DNA of 20,000 nucleotides. Source: an uncultured virus (IMG/VR IMGVR_UViG_2786546901_000002). Lineage: Duplodnaviria; Heunggongvirae; Uroviricota; Caudoviricetes. Below, in pieces: positions 16,911-20,000 of the stretch (position 1 is its first letter; each line of letters begins with the position of its first letter). Below the pieces are notes generated by a model. That model ran no database searches. It had not been told where the DNA came from and saw only the letters and a program-made list of their open reading frames with translations. The DNA is taken from the IMG/VR virus record IMGVR_UViG_2786546901_000002. One strand, 5' to 3'. Both the position numbers and the translations under genes were made by a program.

Positions 16911-17305
16911 AAGAAAAACCGGTCGTGGGTATTGCGACCGACGGTGCCCATTCTGCAAAAGAGAGGTTGACACGCTTCCGGGCTGTCGACCTCTCTTCAG
17001 GAAAAGAACTCTTTTCCAAAGCTATCGGTAACTGGACGAACAATATCGGGGAGTTTCTCGGCATTGTCGAGGCGGTCAGATATGTCATGGAACATCCGGA
17101 AAGTCCGCGAACAATCTACTCGGACAGCATTACAGCCATCACGTGGTATCGTAACAAACAGACAGCCTCTTCACGCAGATGCCCGGCATTGCAGAAAGCG
17201 GAGATATTCCTCAAAGTGATGGAGGCAAGAATCAAGGACATCGAAGTGCTGCACTGGGACAACCGCCTGTGGGGTGAGATTCCTGCCGACTTCGGAAACA
17301 AATAA
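16907..17305 (+). CDS. rnhA: Ribonuclease HI catalytic domain (Bacillus halodurans type), no hybrid-binding domain (132 aa)
   Basis: The DEDD active site is intact: ATDGA, TNNIGEFLGIV, IYSDS, WGEIPADFG. True start is ATG 16907. Confidence 0.9.
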   Translation: MKEKPVVGIATDGAHSAKERLTRFRAVDLSSGKELFSKAIGNWTNNIGEFLGIVEAVRYVMEHPESPRTIYSDSITAITWYRNKQTASSRRCPALQKAEIFLKVMEARIKDIEVLHWDNRLWGEIPADFGNK

Positions 17306-17315
17306 CAACATCAAT

Positions 17316-17519
17316 ATGGCAAAATTAAAATCACAGTCACAGAAATATGTTGAGCTGAAGGAGGAAGACTACCTGTTGCTCATCGAGAATACCATCAAGA
17401 TGGAAGCCCTGAAGATTGCCGGTATCGAAAAGATGCCCATATACAAGGCTATGGAACATATCCTTGAACACGAGCACATCGACCTGCTCGTCAAACCCGT
17501 TTCAAGGAGATATTCTTGA
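17316..17519 (+). CDS. Small hypothetical protein (67 aa; start MAKLKS)
   Basis: ATG 10 nt after the RNase H stop, with an A-rich leader. Last gene of the + strand array. Confidence 0.75.
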   Translation: MAKLKSQSQKYVELKEEDYLLLIENTIKMEALKIAGIEKMPIYKAMEHILEHEHIDLLVKPVSRRYS

Positions 17520-17554
17520 TTTTTTTAGGTGGACAATAATACACCCCACAAGCA

Positions 17555-17621
17555 AAATCAATGCTTATCAGTACCAAATGATAGTATATAATAACAATTA
17601 ATGTAAATCAATGCAAATCAG
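17555..17621. repeat. Direct repeat AAATCAATGCnnATCAG x2
   Basis: 17555-17571 and 17605-17621, 15/17 identical, 50 bp apart. Confidence 0.6.
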
Positions 17622-17630
17622 ATGATTAAG

Positions 17631-17677
17631 AAAGTGGCGCATGTACGGAATTATCTATACCATACATGCGCCACTTT
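17631..17677. terminator. 18-bp inverted repeat, probable (bidirectional) terminator or binding site
   Basis: AAAGTGGCGCATGTACGG, 11-nt loop, CCATACATGCGCCACTTT (17/18 complementary), between convergent gene sets. Confidence 0.7.
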
Positions 17678-17700
17678 GCTCTATACACTTTTTGATTTCC

Positions 17701-17856
17701 TTGATTGATAAAAGAAGGTTCTTTTCCAGTGTTTTACAATCCGACTTTTTTATATACTTTTGTCTTCAGTATCAGTTGGTTATTGAAACCCTCTATGTAT
17801 GCTTATAAGTAGAGATTAGCTTTTTTAAGCGAAACTAACTACTGGTTATCAATCAA
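17701..17856. repeat. 11-bp inverted repeat pair
   Basis: TTGATTGATAA (17701-17711) and TTATCAATCAA (17846-17856). Confidence 0.5.
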
Positions 17857-17949
17857 TTATCAAACAAAAAAAGTTTGCCCTATAAGATACAGTCCTCTCA
17901 ACTACAACCAACCCTAACTAACTGAACACGTTGTTCCTAAACTTTTAAA

Positions 17950-18594
17950 TTACTCTTTTTTCCCGTCATCCTTAGATTCGCTGGTTTTACTACCAACTGT
18001 GACAATACTAAAACGACCCTCTTCCAACTGTATATAAATTTCTTTATTTTCGCTCAACGGTCTTCCGTCATTCTTCTGCATAGAATAAATTTTAGCTCTC
18101 CGCAACACGATCTCTCTCTGCGGACTGAAATAGGAAAAACTTTTTATATATCCAATGTATTTATAATTATTCTTATAATCATAAATCTCAACTTTCCGAT
18201 TCTTCTTACACAAAAAATTCACATAATGATCCCATAACTTTACATGCAATAAACCAGCATAATTCAAGCGGATCCTACGCATCAAACGACCGATAAAAAA
18301 AGCTGCGACACTCCCCGCCGCCAATGCATAAAACATTGTACGAAGAGGAATTTCGGTAAACTTATAACCAAATACAATCCAAACGTCAGAATTATTACCT
18401 ATAGGAATGCCATACATAAAATAGCCGATTACTTCTACAATCCCATAGGCTAAAATAGCCCATATTGTGCTATATAAAATAAATTTATACAGCCTATCTA
18501 TGGCATATCCCGCCACATATCTGTACACTGTAAATGAAACCATTCCGGGGATCAGGAAAAGAATCACCATCCATAATATATCCGTTACTACCAT
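17950..18594 (-). CDS. Membrane protein, DUF6338-like (214 aa)
   Basis: Three hydrophobic segments with an LIPG motif, then a soluble YIGYIKSFS...EIVL..AKIY domain. Low GC. Confidence 0.75.
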   Translation of the reverse strand: MVVTDILWMVILFLIPGMVSFTVYRYVAGYAIDRLYKFILYSTIWAILAYGIVEVIGYFMYGIPIGNNSDVWIVFGYKFTEIPLRTMFYALAAGSVAAFFIGRLMRRIRLNYAGLLHVKLWDHYVNFLCKKNRKVEIYDYKNNYKYIGYIKSFSYFSPQREIVLRRAKIYSMQKNDGRPLSENKEIYIQLEEGRFSIVTVGSKTSESKDDGKKE

Positions 18595-18596
18595 AT

Positions 18597-20000
18597 TTAT
18601 CTGTTATATAAACAACGATCCCGTTCAGCTATCAGGCTATCTACAGGCGTTTCCTCTTTTTTATCTTCACCGATATACACCCTATAGCCGATTTTATTTT
18701 TCAATTCTTTTTCCCATGGTCCGGACACAATTTTTCCCTTTTTTACCGGGAGTTTTATCGCTGTATCTCTTTCAAACCGGTAATAATGATCTTCCAGATT
18801 TCCATATACCGTTTTGTAAAAATAACACCAGACAGACACACTGTCTTTATAAGGACCGTCCGGCAATACATTCATCTCATTTCCCTTTACTCTATTCTCG
18901 TATTGCGGATTGTGAATGTAAAAGTTTCCTTCTTCGTCTTTTCTCAAAATTCCCAAAGCGATATAATATTTATACATTCTCTGCAAATAAGATATTCTTT
19001 TTGAGCCTTTCTCCATCAACCCGTTCTTACACAAATCGTCACATACAGCATCTTCACCTATCCCTCCTTTATCTTTCTGCCATACCTCCTGAATAATCAC
19101 CAGCGGATCGTACGGAATATTTATCATCACATCCTGAATGATCAGACTGTCTCTCATTTCCTGATCCAATAATTCATTATACTCACTATCGCTTATAGCT
19201 CCTATCCAATAACGCCCTTTATTTTGTCCTTCTGGTTTGTCCGCCACTAATTCGTTGATCATGTTACTTTTAGAATCCCACAATACAGTAGGAAGAGTAT
19301 TCGTACAATTTTCCAACAAATAAACTTCAGGCGTAATATGAGTTGATCCGGACCCCTCCTTGACGTTTAAAATATATTTCGCCTGGGCGAATTCTTTGGG
19401 GGTCGAAGGAAAAGTCCCGTTTTTATGTGAAATAAACCGCAATAAATAATAGGGCCTTTCTGCCTTTTTATATCCGATTACTTTTAATGTACAGGAATCA
19501 CAACCATTCTGCACCTTCAAACTATCACATGGCACTTTTCCTTTAGCCAAACACATCCACGTATAAGAATTTACAGAAAATACAACTTTCTTACCATCAT
19601 CCATATTTTCCCAAAAAGCTTCTTTCCAGCACTCCGGATAATCCAAATCTTTTCTTTTTACAACCGCAGCTTTTAGCCAAATTTTATTTATTCCCCAATT
19701 CCACCATCCAGATTTTTTATTATACTCTTCCTGGCGTTTCTTTTGTAAATCCACAGGAGTATAGGTCGCATAAGGTCCGTGATAAATATAAACGGTCGAC
19801 GGAAAAAAGAAATACCAGGATACAAAACCTACGGCCAAAATTAATACAATTATTAACATTTCCCACCAAATATACTTTTGCCACCAAGCCATCACACACT
19901 TTTGCCACCAAACCACCACATGCTTTTGCCACCAAGCCATCACACGCTTTTTCCATATACATTTTTCCTTGCCTGTATTTCGACGATCTATATATATCAT
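18597..20000 (-). CDS. Membrane-anchored hypothetical protein (at least 467 aa; may extend past the window edge)
   Basis: Long low-GC ORF with one TM segment (MLIIVLILAVGFVSWYFFF). Its stop lies 2 nt before the next gene's start. The ATG is at the exact window end. Confidence 0.82.
   Translation of the reverse strand: MIYIDRRNTGKEKCIWKKRVMAWWQKHVVVWWQKCVMAWWQKYIWWEMLIIVLILAVGFVSWYFFFPSTVYIYHGPYATYTPVDLQKKRQEEYNKKSGWWNWGINKIWLKAAVVKRKDLDYPECWKEAFWENMDDGKKVVFSVNSYTWMCLAKGKVPCDSLKVQNGCDSCTLKVIGYKKAERPYYLLRFISHKNGTFPSTPKEFAQAKYILNVKEGSGSTHITPEVYLLENCTNTLPTVLWDSKSNMINELVADKPEGQNKGRYWIGAISDSEYNELLDQEMRDSLIIQDVMINIPYDPLVIIQEVWQKDKGGIGEDAVCDDLCKNGLMEKGSKRISYLQRMYKYYIALGILRKDEEGNFYIHNPQYENRVKGNEMNVLPDGPYKDSVSVWCYFYKTVYGNLEDHYYRFERDTAIKLPVKKGKIVSGPWEKELKNKIGYRVYIGEDKKEETPVDSLIAERDRCLYNR
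19875..19946 (-). repeat. Three tandem 24-bp coding repeats (xVxxWWQK)
   Basis: On the + strand: CTTTTGCCACCAAGCCATCACACA / CTTTTGCCACCAAACCACCACATG / CTTTTGCCACCAAGCCATCACACG. Confidence 0.9.

Larger units (their letters stand above)
1..17880 (+). mobile_element. Accessory arm of a Bacteroidales ICE/conjugative element (left end outside window; right end approximate)
   Basis: About 30 co-directional small genes with domains typical of conjugative elements and phages (DUF932-like, tyrosine recombinase, DpnD/PcfM, solo MutS-I, LPD28). No housekeeping genes. Abrupt GC drop after ~17,520. No transfer genes are in the window, so the element class is inferred. Confidence 0.7.

Noticed and set aside
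1..17500. Frequent CCGG/CCGGA words
   Set aside because: Noticed by eye only. It is plausibly explained by codon usage (CCG-GAx) and cannot be called significant without a k-mer test.
1278..17519. Integron-like cassette array driven by the tyrosine recombinase
   Set aside because: Most genes overlap or abut, leaving no room for attC-like sites. The recombinase is far shorter than IntI. Only two similar intergenic motifs were found, and they are reported separately.
17701..17856. Invertible promoter: an 11-bp inverted repeat flanking TACTTTTG at 17755-17762
   Set aside because: In either orientation the promoter would face the 3' end of a convergent gene, the -33 box is poor, and the repeat is short and AT-rich. 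Kept only as part of the junction finding.
18467..19096. 209-aa + strand ORF
   Set aside because: Antisense to two coherent - strand genes, with an F/L/S/Y-rich shadow composition.
19875..19946. CRISPR array
   Set aside because: The repeats are directly tandem with no spacers, are in frame within a CDS, and no cas genes are present.

Overview
Positions 1 to ~17,520 hold about 30 tightly packed + strand genes, mostly small hypotheticals. They include a DUF932-like protein, a minimal tyrosine recombinase, a helical-repeat protein, a DpnD/PcfM-like protein, a short radical SAM enzyme, two stand-alone MutS domain I proteins, an HTH protein, an LPD28-like protein and a stand-alone RNase HI catalytic domain. 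A-rich leaders, generally without a Shine-Dalgarno motif, and TAnnTTTG promoter boxes point to a Bacteroidales host. The gene content fits the accessory (probably early-transferred, counter-defence) arm of a large integrative/conjugative element or plasmid, although no tra, relaxase or phage structural genes lie in the window. At ~17,520-17,950 the sequence becomes sharply AT-rich and carries several repeats, a candidate element end or cargo junction. Two convergent - strand genes for membrane proteins follow. The most promising leads are (i) a self-contained promoter-ORF-RNase H-ORF-hairpin operon, (ii) two solo MutS-I domains that both have Ser in place of the mismatch-reading Phe, and (iii) the array as a whole as a source of new anti-defence proteins. 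All family names come from motif recognition by eye; no database search was run.
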